The notes: generated by a model not told the origin, from the letters alone. Positions 30,307 to 39,095 are shown, numbered from the stretch's first letter. The stretch is 64,000 bases of DNA from Syntrophorhabdaceae bacterium (GCA_963665295.1 OY762209.1:5408001-5472000), one strand, 5' to 3'. Made by a program: numbers and translations.

Positions 30307-30569
30307 TGGCAAAAAGCAGGAACAAAAGCGCGAACATTACTGCTCAGATTTATGACGGCGCGGTAGATATCTCTTACGACTGTACCGCTTCCGGGCGGTG
30401 TGCCTACACGCTGTGCGAGGTGATGCCCCCTCCGGAGGGTGACGAGTGTGCATTCAAGCAATACGGATCGTGCCGGGCGCGAGCCCCGCAGGAGGAGTCG
30501 CTCAAATCCCTGAGAAACGCGATCACTGCCGAGCTGAAGAGGCTCGAAGAAGAGGAGGAAAACGCATGA
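30306..30569 (+). CDS. Phage hypothetical protein (Cys-rich)
   Basis: GGAGG RBS, TAATG coupling. Confidence 0.6.
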   Translation: MAKSRNKSANITAQIYDGAVDISYDCTASGRCAYTLCEVMPPPEGDECAFKQYGSCRARAPQEESLKSLRNAITAELKRLEEEEENA

Positions 30570-30826
30570 TTAAGGACCATCCATGGATAGGTAAACAGGT
30601 GCGGTACGGTAATGAAAAGGAGAAAGAGGGCGGTGTCATCACGGGCGTTCGCACGATGCGAGGAGCGATGTTCGACGAGAAAACAAAGACCCTGCGGGTC
30701 GGGTATGAACTCCGCATTAAACCGGACACGGGCGGACCTACCTTTTGGATTAGCAACGTGTTCGAGCCTCAAGGAAAAGAGGAGGACGTGAAGCCCATAA
30801 GAGAGGAGGTGCAAAGTGGAACATAG
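30566..30826 (+). CDS. Phage hypothetical protein
   Basis: GAGGAGG RBS, ATGA coupling. Confidence 0.6.
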   Translation: MIKDHPWIGKQVRYGNEKEKEGGVITGVRTMRGAMFDEKTKTLRVGYELRIKPDTGGPTFWISNVFEPQGKEEDVKPIREEVQSGT

Positions 30827-31283
30827 GCAGATCGTGAGGCAATCGGCACCCGCTCCGGAGGCCCCTAACCCGTGGCAAGGGGAGGAGCTTAAACACTTTT
30901 GGGCGCTGGCGAACAGCGTTTTCGGGCCTAAGCAGGCTACCGGGCGCGTATATGACGTGATCTCGATCCGTTACAAAAAAGGCAAATTGCACGAACTCGA
31001 CCGGTCCGAATTTGCTGGCCTCCTCGCGGAGCTGCACATTCGCGCCCAGGGCAATCTTGATGCACAGTTCCGGGGTACGCCCATGGCGGGGCCATGGCGC
31101 AAAATACGTTGGCTCCAAAGGGAACTCGACTGGTCGGATCAGAAACTAATCAACTACATTCTCTGGCATGGTCGCAAAACCGGTCGGGCCGTGGACTCCA
31201 TCAACTGGCTCACGGTGGACAAGTCACGGGCCATCATCACGGGCATGCACAAAATGCGCGCCCGCTCAAGGGTGGGAAAATGA
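30816..31283 (+). CDS. GemA/gp16 (DUF1018)-like protein
   Basis: KIRWLQRELDW...INWLTVDKSRAIITGMHKM resembles the family C-terminus; GGAGG RBS. Confidence 0.55.
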   Translation: MEHRQIVRQSAPAPEAPNPWQGEELKHFWALANSVFGPKQATGRVYDVISIRYKKGKLHELDRSEFAGLLAELHIRAQGNLDAQFRGTPMAGPWRKIRWLQRELDWSDQKLINYILWHGRKTGRAVDSINWLTVDKSRAIITGMHKMRARSRVGK

Positions 31284-31411
31284 AGACGGCTGCGGTAATC
31301 GTGGCAACAACAATATTGCTTGTCCCGGCCGTAATAGCCGGGACTCTCGCGGCGATCGTGGGAGCGATCACGAGCGGGGAAAACTGCTTCAGGGGAGGTG
31401 GACTCAAATGA
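31280..31411 (+). CDS. Small membrane protein (43 aa)
   Basis: MKTAAVIVATTILLVPAVIAGTLAAIVGAI; coupled to neighbours on both sides. Confidence 0.5.
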   Translation: MKTAAVIVATTILLVPAVIAGTLAAIVGAITSGENCFRGGGLK

Positions 31412-31617
31412 ATGATTTGAATACCGAAGGACAGAGAACAGTGCATCTCGCAAGGCTCATCAACAGGCAAGGAGAGATATCGCCTCTCTGCGCGGTGTCG
31501 CCCAGAGCATTGAACCTCAAAAAGGAATCATGGACCACCCAGGTGAGATACGTCACGTGTCTCAGGTGTCAGGCCAAAATCAGGGGCAGGGTCCAGAAAT
31601 CAAGGGGTGCGGAATGA
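31408..31617 (+). CDS. Phage hypothetical protein (Zn-binding-like)
   Basis: GGAGG RBS; H..PLC..VTCLRC. Confidence 0.6.
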   Translation: MNDLNTEGQRTVHLARLINRQGEISPLCAVSPRALNLKKESWTTQVRYVTCLRCQAKIRGRVQKSRGAE

Positions 31618-31892
31618 GGGTGCCTGTCAAGGTATCAAAGCTCACCAAGGCTGAAACGAGAGAACTCCGCGAGCCTATCAGCAAACAACTGAACGTATCT
31701 CTCTATTCCGGGGAAGGTGGTATGCCGGTCCTTGTCTTTGATGACGACATGAATCAGGCGTACACAATCCGGGTTGCAGACTACATCGAGGGGGTTATGA
31801 CGGCCGCGATGAAGGCCAGGAAAGAGAAGGAGGCCCATGAAAAGGAAAGGAGGAGGAAGACACGCGGCAAGAAGACAGGGGTAAAGCGATGA
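31614..31892 (+). CDS. Phage hypothetical protein
   Basis: ATGA-coupled ORF. Confidence 0.55.
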   Translation: MRVPVKVSKLTKAETRELREPISKQLNVSLYSGEGGMPVLVFDDDMNQAYTIRVADYIEGVMTAAMKARKEKEAHEKERRRKTRGKKTGVKR

Positions 31893-32167
31893 GGGCATCG
31901 GTGGTAGTAAGAAAACTGCCTCCCAACACGCGGTGGGACGGGTCCCACATGCCCGTGGACCGTCTGATCGAGGGTCACAAAATCACGCTTCTCGGCCCCT
32001 CTCCGCTTGCAAAAACGCCGGGATTTATTGGGGTGATGGTGGATGACGAAAAATACGTCATCACGCTCAAAGCCGCGATGGAAGGACTCATGATGGCCGT
32101 AACGAGCAAGATAATCAAGGACGAAATCAAGGAAAAGAGGAGGAAAGCGCATGGCAACACTAGGTGA
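31889..32167 (+). CDS. Phage hypothetical protein
   Basis: ATGA-coupled ORF. Confidence 0.55.
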   Translation: MRASVVVRKLPPNTRWDGSHMPVDRLIEGHKITLLGPSPLAKTPGFIGVMVDDEKYVITLKAAMEGLMMAVTSKIIKDEIKEKRRKAHGNTR

Positions 32168-32684
32168 AATCGAGGAGCTTGCAAAACAGTACAGCGACGC
32201 GGCGGAAAGCCTCGCAAATACCGTGCAGAAACTTGAAGATGCAGTTGAATCATTGAAAAGACAGTATCTCCCTGCGATCAAAAGGCAGGTGGGGATAGCA
32301 GCCGCGAAGAAGGCAAATTTGCGCTGCGCCCTGGAAGACGCCCGGGAACTCTTCAAACGCCCGAAAACATTGATTATCCACGGTTATAAGGTAGGGTACG
32401 AAAAGAGCAAGGAGAAGGTGTTTATAGAGGATGAAGAGCTTACCGTGCGCCTCATCGAGGAAAAATACCCGGACATGAAAGACATGTACGTCAAGACGAA
32501 AAAGACTGTCAAAAAGCGCGCGGTCCGGAGCCTGTCGGAAATCGAATGCCGTCTCGTGGGCGTAGAAGTGAAGAGGACCGAGGACGTGGCGATCATTGAA
32601 TCCACCGCGTCCGAAATCACCAAATACATTGACAAGCTCCTCCGCGAAAAGGAAGAAGACGCGGCGGAAGAGGTGGCGGCATGA
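32151..32684 (+). CDS. gam: Mu Gam-like host-nuclease inhibitor
   Basis: Coiled-coil N-half; LFKRPKTLIIHGYKVGYEKSK; position in early operon. Confidence 0.75.
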   Translation: MATLGEIEELAKQYSDAAESLANTVQKLEDAVESLKRQYLPAIKRQVGIAAAKKANLRCALEDARELFKRPKTLIIHGYKVGYEKSKEKVFIEDEELTVRLIEEKYPDMKDMYVKTKKTVKKRAVRSLSEIECRLVGVEVKRTEDVAIIESTASEITKYIDKLLREKEEDAAEEVAA

Positions 32685-32986
32685 GCGATATACAGGGCAC
32701 CATCATCATGGGTCCGGGGCGGCTTTCCAGCCACATCCTGGACACGCGGGTCACTATCATCACCCAGGCCGGTTTGGTCCTGGCCCTTGCCGGGGCGCTG
32801 GTGATCGCGCTCCGGGACCCGAGAAACGCCGGGGAGATCGCCGAGACCCACAAGGCTTTACTTGAGTCCCTCGGGGTGATTCTCATCAAGGGCGAGGTCA
32901 TAACGGTAGAAGATTTCGAGACCTTCAAACGGGGCGACCCTGAATGGGATGTATGCGAGGACGAGAGCAGGGGGGTGACGTCATGA
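32681..32986 (+). CDS. Phage hypothetical protein
   Basis: GAGG RBS, ATGA coupling. Confidence 0.55.
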   Translation: MSDIQGTIIMGPGRLSSHILDTRVTIITQAGLVLALAGALVIALRDPRNAGEIAETHKALLESLGVILIKGEVITVEDFETFKRGDPEWDVCEDESRGVTS

Positions 32987-33234
32987 GCAGACGGAAGAAA
33001 TGCATGATGTGCGGCAAAACGGAGATCATAGTCCGGGACGGCATGTGCTTTGTATGCGCCACGCGGGACGTCCAAGATCGCGCCGAAATAGAGAACCTCA
33101 TAAAACGGGGCCACACGGAACATTGCGCCAAGGCGCAGGTGTGGGGTCCCATGGAATGCGAGTGCGAAAAGCAGGGCCTCGTGCCCGGCCTTGTCTCTGC
33201 ACTCATCGTCAACGCCATGGAGGGAGGGGTATGA
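32983..33234 (+). CDS. Small Zn-finger-like protein
   Basis: CMMC...CFVC; coupled. Confidence 0.55.
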   Translation: MSRRKKCMMCGKTEIIVRDGMCFVCATRDVQDRAEIENLIKRGHTEHCAKAQVWGPMECECEKQGLVPGLVSALIVNAMEGGV

Positions 33235-33419
33235 AACCAATAACTGTCGCGATTATGTGCCCAGGATGCCGAGTCAAATCGACGGTGGAACTGGACGAAG
33301 AAGCGAGGCTCCATCGGGACCTCATCGCCATGTACGAGGGGGAACTCATCCCGATGCTATGCAATGCCTGTGCGAAAAAGGCGGGCATATGCCCCGAGAA
33401 GAAGGAGATAATATCATGA
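33231..33419 (+). CDS. Small Zn-finger-like protein
   Basis: CPGC...CNAC; coupled. Confidence 0.55.
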   Translation: MKPITVAIMCPGCRVKSTVELDEEARLHRDLIAMYEGELIPMLCNACAKKAGICPEKKEIIS

Positions 33420-33574
33420 AATGTCCGAAATGCGGCAAGAAGCTTGAGGCATTCGACGTAGACATCGATCTCGACTGGTCCGACGATAGCATCATTATAA
33501 ACATCGATTGCTCCAAGTGCGGGTACGTGGATGATGCCTCGATAGACGCAGGGGATTTTGGGGGAGTGGATTAA
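33416..33574 (+). CDS. Small acidic Zn-ribbon protein
   Basis: MKCPKC...CSKC; AAGGAG RBS. Confidence 0.6.
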   Translation: MKCPKCGKKLEAFDVDIDLDWSDDSIIINIDCSKCGYVDDASIDAGDFGGVD

Positions 33575-33694
33575 AGGTCGAAACCATTTTCGTGACTACA
33601 CGAAAATGGTCTGTCCGTAATGCGGGCGCTGAAGATGGCCGGGAATATTTTTTGGAATAATTTTACCCGAGATTTTACAAAAACAGGAGGATGA

Positions 33695-34756
33695 ATGGAC
33701 GGAGTATCGAAGGACATGCAGGCAAGCGGGGCACAGGCGATATATCGCCCAAGAGAGACTGTGTTGAAGGGCGGTGACACGCAGTACGAAATAAGGGAAA
33801 AATCAGAACGCGGCGAGTGGGTGCTCTACGGGGCATATCCCACCAAAGAGAACCGGGCAACGGCGTGGCTCGAACTCGCGAAGGATGAAACGAACGTGAT
33901 GGAGTGGTTTGGCCCGGAGAACCCCCAAGAGGCTGCCCAGGGCGCGGTGACGCCGGTCCCCAGCGGCGCTCAGGATGCGCGAATATGGCAGATGGAGGAA
34001 CAGCATAAATATGAGGTCTACGCCGTGGAAATGGCCGCGAAAGTCCAGGGTGCGGCCATGAGAGAGTCCATGGAGAGACTCCTCAAGGCGATGTTTCTCC
34101 GGCAGACCAAGGAACAACTCAAGGCCGACGGAAAGTGGTCAAAATGGTGTGCGGATCACGACATAGACGTCAAGCACGCAGACTATGAAATCGAGAAACT
34201 CCCGGACTGGAAAGACGAGGTGCTCCTAAAATTTGGAGCCCACACAAGATACGACATTAATAAAATCAAGTATTTAACGAATGGCAACTCCGAAAAATTA
34301 GGAGTCACCGTCGAAAACGGACAGGTCATGGTCAAGGGCGAGCCCATACCCCTCACCCCCGAGGACGTCGGACACGTGGTCGCTACCCTCCAGGAGGAGG
34401 CGCAGAAAAGGGAGGAGAAAGCGGAGGCGGATCGGACCAAAGAAGAGAAGGCCCACGGGGAGACAAAAAAGGCACTCAAAAAAGCGGAAGGGGAGCTAAA
34501 GAAGATCAGGCGCGAGGCGGCGAGAAAAGGGATGACCGCCGAAGAGGAAGGTTTCCTTCGGGAGCTTGAAGGAATGCGGACTGAGTTCGACAAGCTGTTC
34601 TCAACCCTCTCCGCCGAGGATATTGTTATCTTCGCGCAGGATGATCAGGTAGGGACGCCACGGGTGATAACCGCATACGGAACCATGCTCGACTATATGA
34701 GCGCCCAGATAGACCACGCCCGGGCCGCTACGGCTAAGCTCCAGGGGGGTAAGTGA
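33695..34756 (+). CDS. Phage coiled-coil protein, DUF3102-like central region
   Basis: AGGAGG RBS; GKWSKWCADHDI segment followed by a coiled coil. Confidence 0.65.
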   Translation: MDGVSKDMQASGAQAIYRPRETVLKGGDTQYEIREKSERGEWVLYGAYPTKENRATAWLELAKDETNVMEWFGPENPQEAAQGAVTPVPSGAQDARIWQMEEQHKYEVYAVEMAAKVQGAAMRESMERLLKAMFLRQTKEQLKADGKWSKWCADHDIDVKHADYEIEKLPDWKDEVLLKFGAHTRYDINKIKYLTNGNSEKLGVTVENGQVMVKGEPIPLTPEDVGHVVATLQEEAQKREEKAEADRTKEEKAHGETKKALKKAEGELKKIRREAARKGMTAEEEGFLRELEGMRTEFDKLFSTLSAEDIVIFAQDDQVGTPRVITAYGTMLDYMSAQIDHARAATAKLQGGK

Positions 34757-35019
34757 TGGGATCACCGACACTCAAAGCCAAAGTCGAGCATAATTACAAG
34801 AAATACCCCGCCAACAGCGAACGGCTCTGCCTCACGTGCAATCACTATGTGGCCGATGCTTTTTCCGCATACAAAGACGGCGTCAGGGTGCGACATGAAG
34901 CCCGGTGCACGGTGTTCAGACTCAAATCCGGCCGCGCATACAGGGTTCTCTGGGATCACGGCTGCGACGCCCACGATAACAGCGAGTACATGGCAAAATG
35001 CGAAAGAGGCACCCGATAA
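34753..35019 (+). CDS. Phage hypothetical protein (Cys-rich)
   Basis: CLTC..C..CDAH; coupled. Confidence 0.55.
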   Translation: MMGSPTLKAKVEHNYKKYPANSERLCLTCNHYVADAFSAYKDGVRVRHEARCTVFRLKSGRAYRVLWDHGCDAHDNSEYMAKCERGTR

Positions 35020-35399
35020 TGGCGATCCTCAATTTTCAACAGCAGTTCGCAGACGACGTTGAAAGCGGGTCCAAACGACAGACGATCCGAGCCGAGCGAA
35101 AACGCCCTGTCCGGGTAGAGGAGAGATTGCACCTCTATACCGGACTCAGGACAAAAAGAGCACGGCTTCTTAAGCGAGCGCTATGCATGGAGGTGTGGGG
35201 GATCGCCATCCGATCAACCGGAAATGTAACGGTCTATGAGACGCACCACGGTGCCACAGGCCGGACACTCACGGACACGGAAAAGGAAGGACTCGCCCGC
35301 CTGGATGGCTTTAAAGGCCCGGACGCATTCGGCGAGATGCTCGCATTCTTCCGGGAAACGCACGGCTTGCCCTTTTTCGGGCAGCTCATAAAATGGTGA
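35019..35399 (+). CDS. ASCH-domain protein
   Basis: LNFQQQFADDVESGSKRQTIR, LYTGLRTK, ARLDGF. Confidence 0.8.
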   Translation: MAILNFQQQFADDVESGSKRQTIRAERKRPVRVEERLHLYTGLRTKRARLLKRALCMEVWGIAIRSTGNVTVYETHHGATGRTLTDTEKEGLARLDGFKGPDAFGEMLAFFRETHGLPFFGQLIKW

Positions 35400-35409
35400 G
35401 GTGGTATAG

Positions 35410-35592
35410 ATGACACTAAGCGAAGCGCATGAAAAGAGCCGGCCGGGGGACCGACTGAAACACACGGAAACGCAACTCGTCCTCATCCGCAAGGAAATGT
35501 TTCTCGACACCATCGCGGGCCTGAACTTTTTGTGGATGGCGAGGGTAGGAGGGGCGGGCTGGACCGTCCTTCCCAGGGGAAGGGGGGTATGA
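35410..35592 (+). CDS. Phage hypothetical protein
   Basis: GAGG RBS; fills the operon. Confidence 0.45.
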   Translation: MTLSEAHEKSRPGDRLKHTETQLVLIRKEMFLDTIAGLNFLWMARVGGAGWTVLPRGRGV

Positions 35593-35756
35593 TGGACAAA
35601 ATACCCTGTTGGAACTGCCCGCCCGAGGCGGGAAACGTAATGAAACGCTACGGAGAAGACTCGTTTTACTCGTATTACGAGTGTCCCACGTGCCGCATGA
35701 AAAAGGCGCAGATGAAGGAGAAAGAAGACGGCCGAAAGACAGGAGATGACGAGTGA
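35589..35756 (+). CDS. Small Zn-finger-like protein
   Basis: CWNC...CPTC; coupled. Confidence 0.5.
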   Translation: MMDKIPCWNCPPEAGNVMKRYGEDSFYSYYECPTCRMKKAQMKEKEDGRKTGDDE

Positions 35757-36004
35757 GCAACGAGCCGTGGCCGGTGGCCAAGAAGCAGCGGCGGATCATC
35801 GTGCAGTATGCTGTTAACATTAAGTGGGACGTGGGCTTTGATGCATGGCTCCTTTCCCGTCACCGGCGCACCTCGATAGAGCGCATAGCCGACTGGAGCG
35901 AGGCTCAACGGGTGATCAACGGCCTCCGGGGCCTTTGCATGGCACAGCATAAATGCAGGGCGTGCGACGCGCCCTGCAAGGCGTGGATGAGGAGGTATCA
36001 ATAA
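35753..36004 (+). CDS. Short GemA/DUF1018-like protein
   Basis: QRRII...W...EAQRVINGLRGL; lies immediately before mor as in Mu. Confidence 0.5.
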   Translation: MSNEPWPVAKKQRRIIVQYAVNIKWDVGFDAWLLSRHRRTSIERIADWSEAQRVINGLRGLCMAQHKCRACDAPCKAWMRRYQ

Positions 36005-36006
36005 CC

Positions 36007-36312
36007 ATGGACCCGTGGGTATATACGATCATGCGCACCATATCCGTTGATGATCTCCCGGAGGGATATAGACAGGTCGCCTCCATCGTGGGCGTTGAAA
36101 ATGCCCTGAAACTCTCCGAGCACCTGGGCGGCCTCCCTTACTATTTTCCCCAGCTTGACGGCCTGCTAAGGAAAAAACGCGACGAGGCGATCAGGCATGA
36201 ATTCACCGGCTCCAATTACCGGGACCTCGCGAAAAAATACCGCTTGACCGAGCGGTGGATTCGCGAGATAGTAGATAACAGCCCCACCCATAATCAATCC
36301 CCCCTTTTCTGA
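36007..36312 (+). CDS. mor: Mor/C-family transcription activator
   Basis: GGLPYYFP...RDEAIRHEFTGSNYRDLAKKYRLTERWIREI. Confidence 0.9.
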   Translation: MDPWVYTIMRTISVDDLPEGYRQVASIVGVENALKLSEHLGGLPYYFPQLDGLLRKKRDEAIRHEFTGSNYRDLAKKYRLTERWIREIVDNSPTHNQSPLF

Positions 36313-36328
36313 TTCTCTGAACAAAAAC

Positions 36329-36390
36329 CCTGAAGTACACTTGTGAAGTGCTTCGGGGGACTCCCAAGAGCCCCCCGTGTTTTAATCTCT
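36329..36390 (+). promoter_or_regulatory. Putative activator-dependent late promoter
   Basis: TGAAGT repeated, dyad GAAGTGCTTC, -10-like TTTAAT without a -35; between mor and lysis genes. Confidence 0.45.
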
Positions 36391-36637
36391 CATGACGCAA
36401 AACCCCCCTTTAATACCCGGGAGCATGGAAGCCGTCCGACCCGGCCCCATGTTCCCACCTAACATGAAAAACCCACACACGCGGATAGAGCATAGGGTGC
36501 GGGGAGCGGCAGAAACGCCGCCCCCGACCCCTTAAACGGAGCCCGGCGTACCGGGCATAACGGGAGTTTCCGGGGCCTCCCCGGGGCGCGCAAAGCTGCC
36601 CCGCTAACCCCCGGCGTAACAAAGAAAGGAGGAACGC

Positions 36638-37111
36638 ATGAAAGACAATTTTGAACCCACGGTCCTTTTTATCCTCAACGAGGAGCGGGGCTTTGTAGTG
36701 GATCACGCAGGGGCCACGAAGATGGGCCTCACCATAGGGCTTATGAAGGCGCTGAAGCTCGATCTCAACCGGGACGGCGTGGTGGACGTGAAAGACGTCC
36801 ACATGGTGGACGCCGAACTCGTGCGGAAGGTGTTCCGGACTGAATTCTGGGACCGGATTCACGGGGACGATTTGCCTGCGGGCGTGGACCTTGTGACGGC
36901 TGATTTTTGTTACAATGCCGGTCCCCGGGCGGCGCTCACCATCGCCACCTACAACGATATCGAGGTCTGTACCCTCCGCCGTCAGATGTATTACTGGACC
37001 CTCCGGCAGAATAACCCGGGGAAATACAAGGATGATTTCGACGGGTGGATAGGGCGCTCCCTCCGTTGCTGGCAACGCGCTCTGGAACTTCAGGCAGGAT
37101 ACAAAAAATAG
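36638..37111 (+). CDS. Endolysin, glycoside hydrolase family 108
   Basis: NEERGFV..GATKMGLT, FWDRIHGDDLPAG, DFCYNAG, GWIGR. Confidence 0.85.
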   Translation: MKDNFEPTVLFILNEERGFVVDHAGATKMGLTIGLMKALKLDLNRDGVVDVKDVHMVDAELVRKVFRTEFWDRIHGDDLPAGVDLVTADFCYNAGPRAALTIATYNDIEVCTLRRQMYYWTLRQNNPGKYKDDFDGWIGRSLRCWQRALELQAGYKK

Positions 37112-37123
37112 AGGAGGCACGAT

Positions 37124-37552
37124 ATGAAACACCTTGTACGGAAACACGCGTTGGACTTCGTGATTGTTTTGACTCTTTTTGCCATTGTGGCGTTTGGCCT
37201 GTTTAGCGGGTGCGCACCCACGGGTACCGGCATAAACAACCGGACTTGGGAGCAAACAGCAACCGACGCCTATCAGGCGACCGGGCTTGTGCTCTCAACG
37301 AGCAAGGCGACCCTCGACGCCCTGGCCGCTTCGGGCACCGTCGCCCCGGATAAAGCGGCCCAGTGCGAGGAAATCTACAAAATCGCCTATGACGCCTATA
37401 TTGCGTGCGGCGATCTCCTCGCCACCGCGATCGAAACCACGGATACGGCCGAACGCGAGAATGCGATTGCCGCATATCAGGCCGCTCTTGCGAAGCTCCC
37501 GGGCCTCGTTGCCCAGGTGACGAAAGTTGTAGCGGAGGTTGAAAACAGATGA
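37124..37552 (+). CDS. Lipoprotein in lysis module (possible spanin component)
   Basis: Hydrophobic signal and lipobox FSGC. Confidence 0.65.
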   Translation: MKHLVRKHALDFVIVLTLFAIVAFGLFSGCAPTGTGINNRTWEQTATDAYQATGLVLSTSKATLDALAASGTVAPDKAAQCEEIYKIAYDAYIACGDLLATAIETTDTAERENAIAAYQAALAKLPGLVAQVTKVVAEVENR

Positions 37553-37767
37553 GTCTCGCGGCCGCAGTAGAACTGCTCGGATTGCTCCTTGCTCTCGCCA
37601 CGCAGCTCCCCCAGGCGGTGGACGCGGTAGGACAGGTGATAAAACACATCGAGGCGCTGCTCGACGGCACCGAAATGCCCATCGAGGACCGCTCTGTATT
37701 ACTCGCCAAGATCAGGACCGCCCAGGCCATGCTGCCGAAGCCCGCAAGCACGGGAGGCGCCGCATGA
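37549..37767 (+). CDS. Small hypothetical protein
   Basis: GGAGG RBS, ATGA coupling on both sides. Confidence 0.6.
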   Translation: MSLAAAVELLGLLLALATQLPQAVDAVGQVIKHIEALLDGTEMPIEDRSVLLAKIRTAQAMLPKPASTGGAA

Positions 37768-38273
37768 ATAACCTTGACCGTTACGAGGCGTTGAAAGGCC
37801 AGCTCGAAACCGGGGACTTGCTTCTCTGGAAGTCCCATAGCGCCCTGGGGAGCGTCATTCGCCTTTTCTCCGGCGCGAACGTAAATCACGCGTCCCTCGT
37901 GTTCCGCATTGCTCCGTACGAGGGGTCGGAACACAGACGGTTTACTTCCGAGTCCCTGGAGCACGGGGTTGTGTTGAACCTCCTTTCCAAGCGTCTCGCC
38001 GAATTCGACGGCGAGGTCTGGTGGTATCGCCTGAACGCCGATATGGCGGCACAGCGCGTCGCCATAGGTGAGCGCGCCCTCCAGTATCTCGGCACGCCCT
38101 ATGACTATGAGGCCCTTTTTCAGCAGGCCGTTGAACGCGTGCAGGCCGATCCGTCGCGGCTCTTTTGCTCGGAGTATTGCTTTATCTGCTACGGACTCGA
38201 AGGGATAGCGCCCAGGCCGGGCGACATGCCGGCCCTGGGACTCTTCCAGGAACCTATAAAACTCGTGGGGTGA
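37764..38273 (+). CDS. Permuted papain-like NlpC/P60 (YiiX/YebB-type) enzyme
   Basis: TGDLLLW, NHASLV (His) preceding GTPYDY and LFCSEY (Cys). Confidence 0.8.
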   Translation: MNNLDRYEALKGQLETGDLLLWKSHSALGSVIRLFSGANVNHASLVFRIAPYEGSEHRRFTSESLEHGVVLNLLSKRLAEFDGEVWWYRLNADMAAQRVAIGERALQYLGTPYDYEALFQQAVERVQADPSRLFCSEYCFICYGLEGIAPRPGDMPALGLFQEPIKLVG

Positions 38274-38277
38274 GACC

Positions 38278-38457
38278 ATGAAAAAGAACTGGAGAACCAC
38301 ACTCGCGGGCTGCATCATAGGGGCTCTTTACGCGGGCCTGACCGCCTTGCAGCAGGGGACCGTAAGCCTCCGGGACGTGGCTATCGCGGCCGGGTTCGGC
38401 GCGATAGGTGCCCTCGCGAAAGATTGGAAAGTCACGGGCGGGCAGGTGCAGCAGTGA
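38278..38457 (+). CDS. Holin-like small membrane protein (59 aa; absent from ORF track)
   Basis: Manual translation MKKNWRTTLAGCIIGALYAGLTALQQGTVSLRDVAIAAGFGAIGALAKDWKVTGGQVQQ; two hydrophobic segments. Confidence 0.6.
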   Translation: MKKNWRTTLAGCIIGALYAGLTALQQGTVSLRDVAIAAGFGAIGALAKDWKVTGGQVQQ

Positions 38458-38792
38458 ACGAACACTGGCAGATCGTCGTCACGCTCGTCACGATAATGGC
38501 CGTCCTGGACGGCGCGTCTATCTGGGCAACCCGGTTCATCGTCGCCCGGTCATTTGCCGGGCAGCGGGATCAATATCGCGACCAGCTCGCGGAAGCAGCG
38601 CGGAAATGCGAGGAGCTTACCACTCAGCTCAACAACATCCAGGCCGTCGAAAAACAGGTCCTGGAACTGAAGGCAACGCTCCCCCTCGATTATGTCCGCA
38701 AGGAAGATTTCATCAGGCACGAAGTGGTGATAAACGCCAAGCTTGACAGAATATTTGACAGACTACAAGGAGGAAACCTGTGCAGCAAATGA
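38454..38792 (+). CDS. TM plus coiled-coil protein (Mu gp25-like position)
   Basis: GTGA coupling; LPLDYVRKEDFIR...KLDRI. Confidence 0.65.
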   Translation: MNEHWQIVVTLVTIMAVLDGASIWATRFIVARSFAGQRDQYRDQLAEAARKCEELTTQLNNIQAVEKQVLELKATLPLDYVRKEDFIRHEVVINAKLDRIFDRLQGGNLCSK

Positions 38793-39094
38793 CGATTGAC
38801 ATTCAGAAAGCGCGGCGTGAAGAGTTGCGCTGGCTCATTCTACTCGCTCTCAATGCCGCGCGGCCCATGGGCACCTCTGAGGCGGTGATCAAGAACGCCA
38901 TAGAGCCGGTAATACTCGACATTACGCAACACGAGGTGCGGAGCGAACTTGATTACCTTGAAGAGAGGAAGCTCGTCGCCACCTCCGACCGTGACGGTCT
39001 CGTTTGGCACGCGAAGATAAGCCGCTACGGCATCGATGTGGTCGAATACACCGTAACCTGCGATCCCGGCATAAAGCGCCCGAGGCAGTGCTGA
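38780..39094 (+). CDS. Mu gp26-like winged-helix protein
   Basis: RWLILLAL...ELDYLEERKLV...GIDVVE..PGIKRP. Confidence 0.7.
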   Translation: MQQMTIDIQKARREELRWLILLALNAARPMGTSEAVIKNAIEPVILDITQHEVRSELDYLEERKLVATSDRDGLVWHAKISRYGIDVVEYTVTCDPGIKRPRQC

Positions 39095-39095
39095 T

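Noticed and set aside
36478..36535. CGCGGATAGAGCA resembles a tRNA 5' end
   Set aside because: No T-arm (GTTCRA), anticodon arm or matching acceptor strand; at most a decayed fragment.
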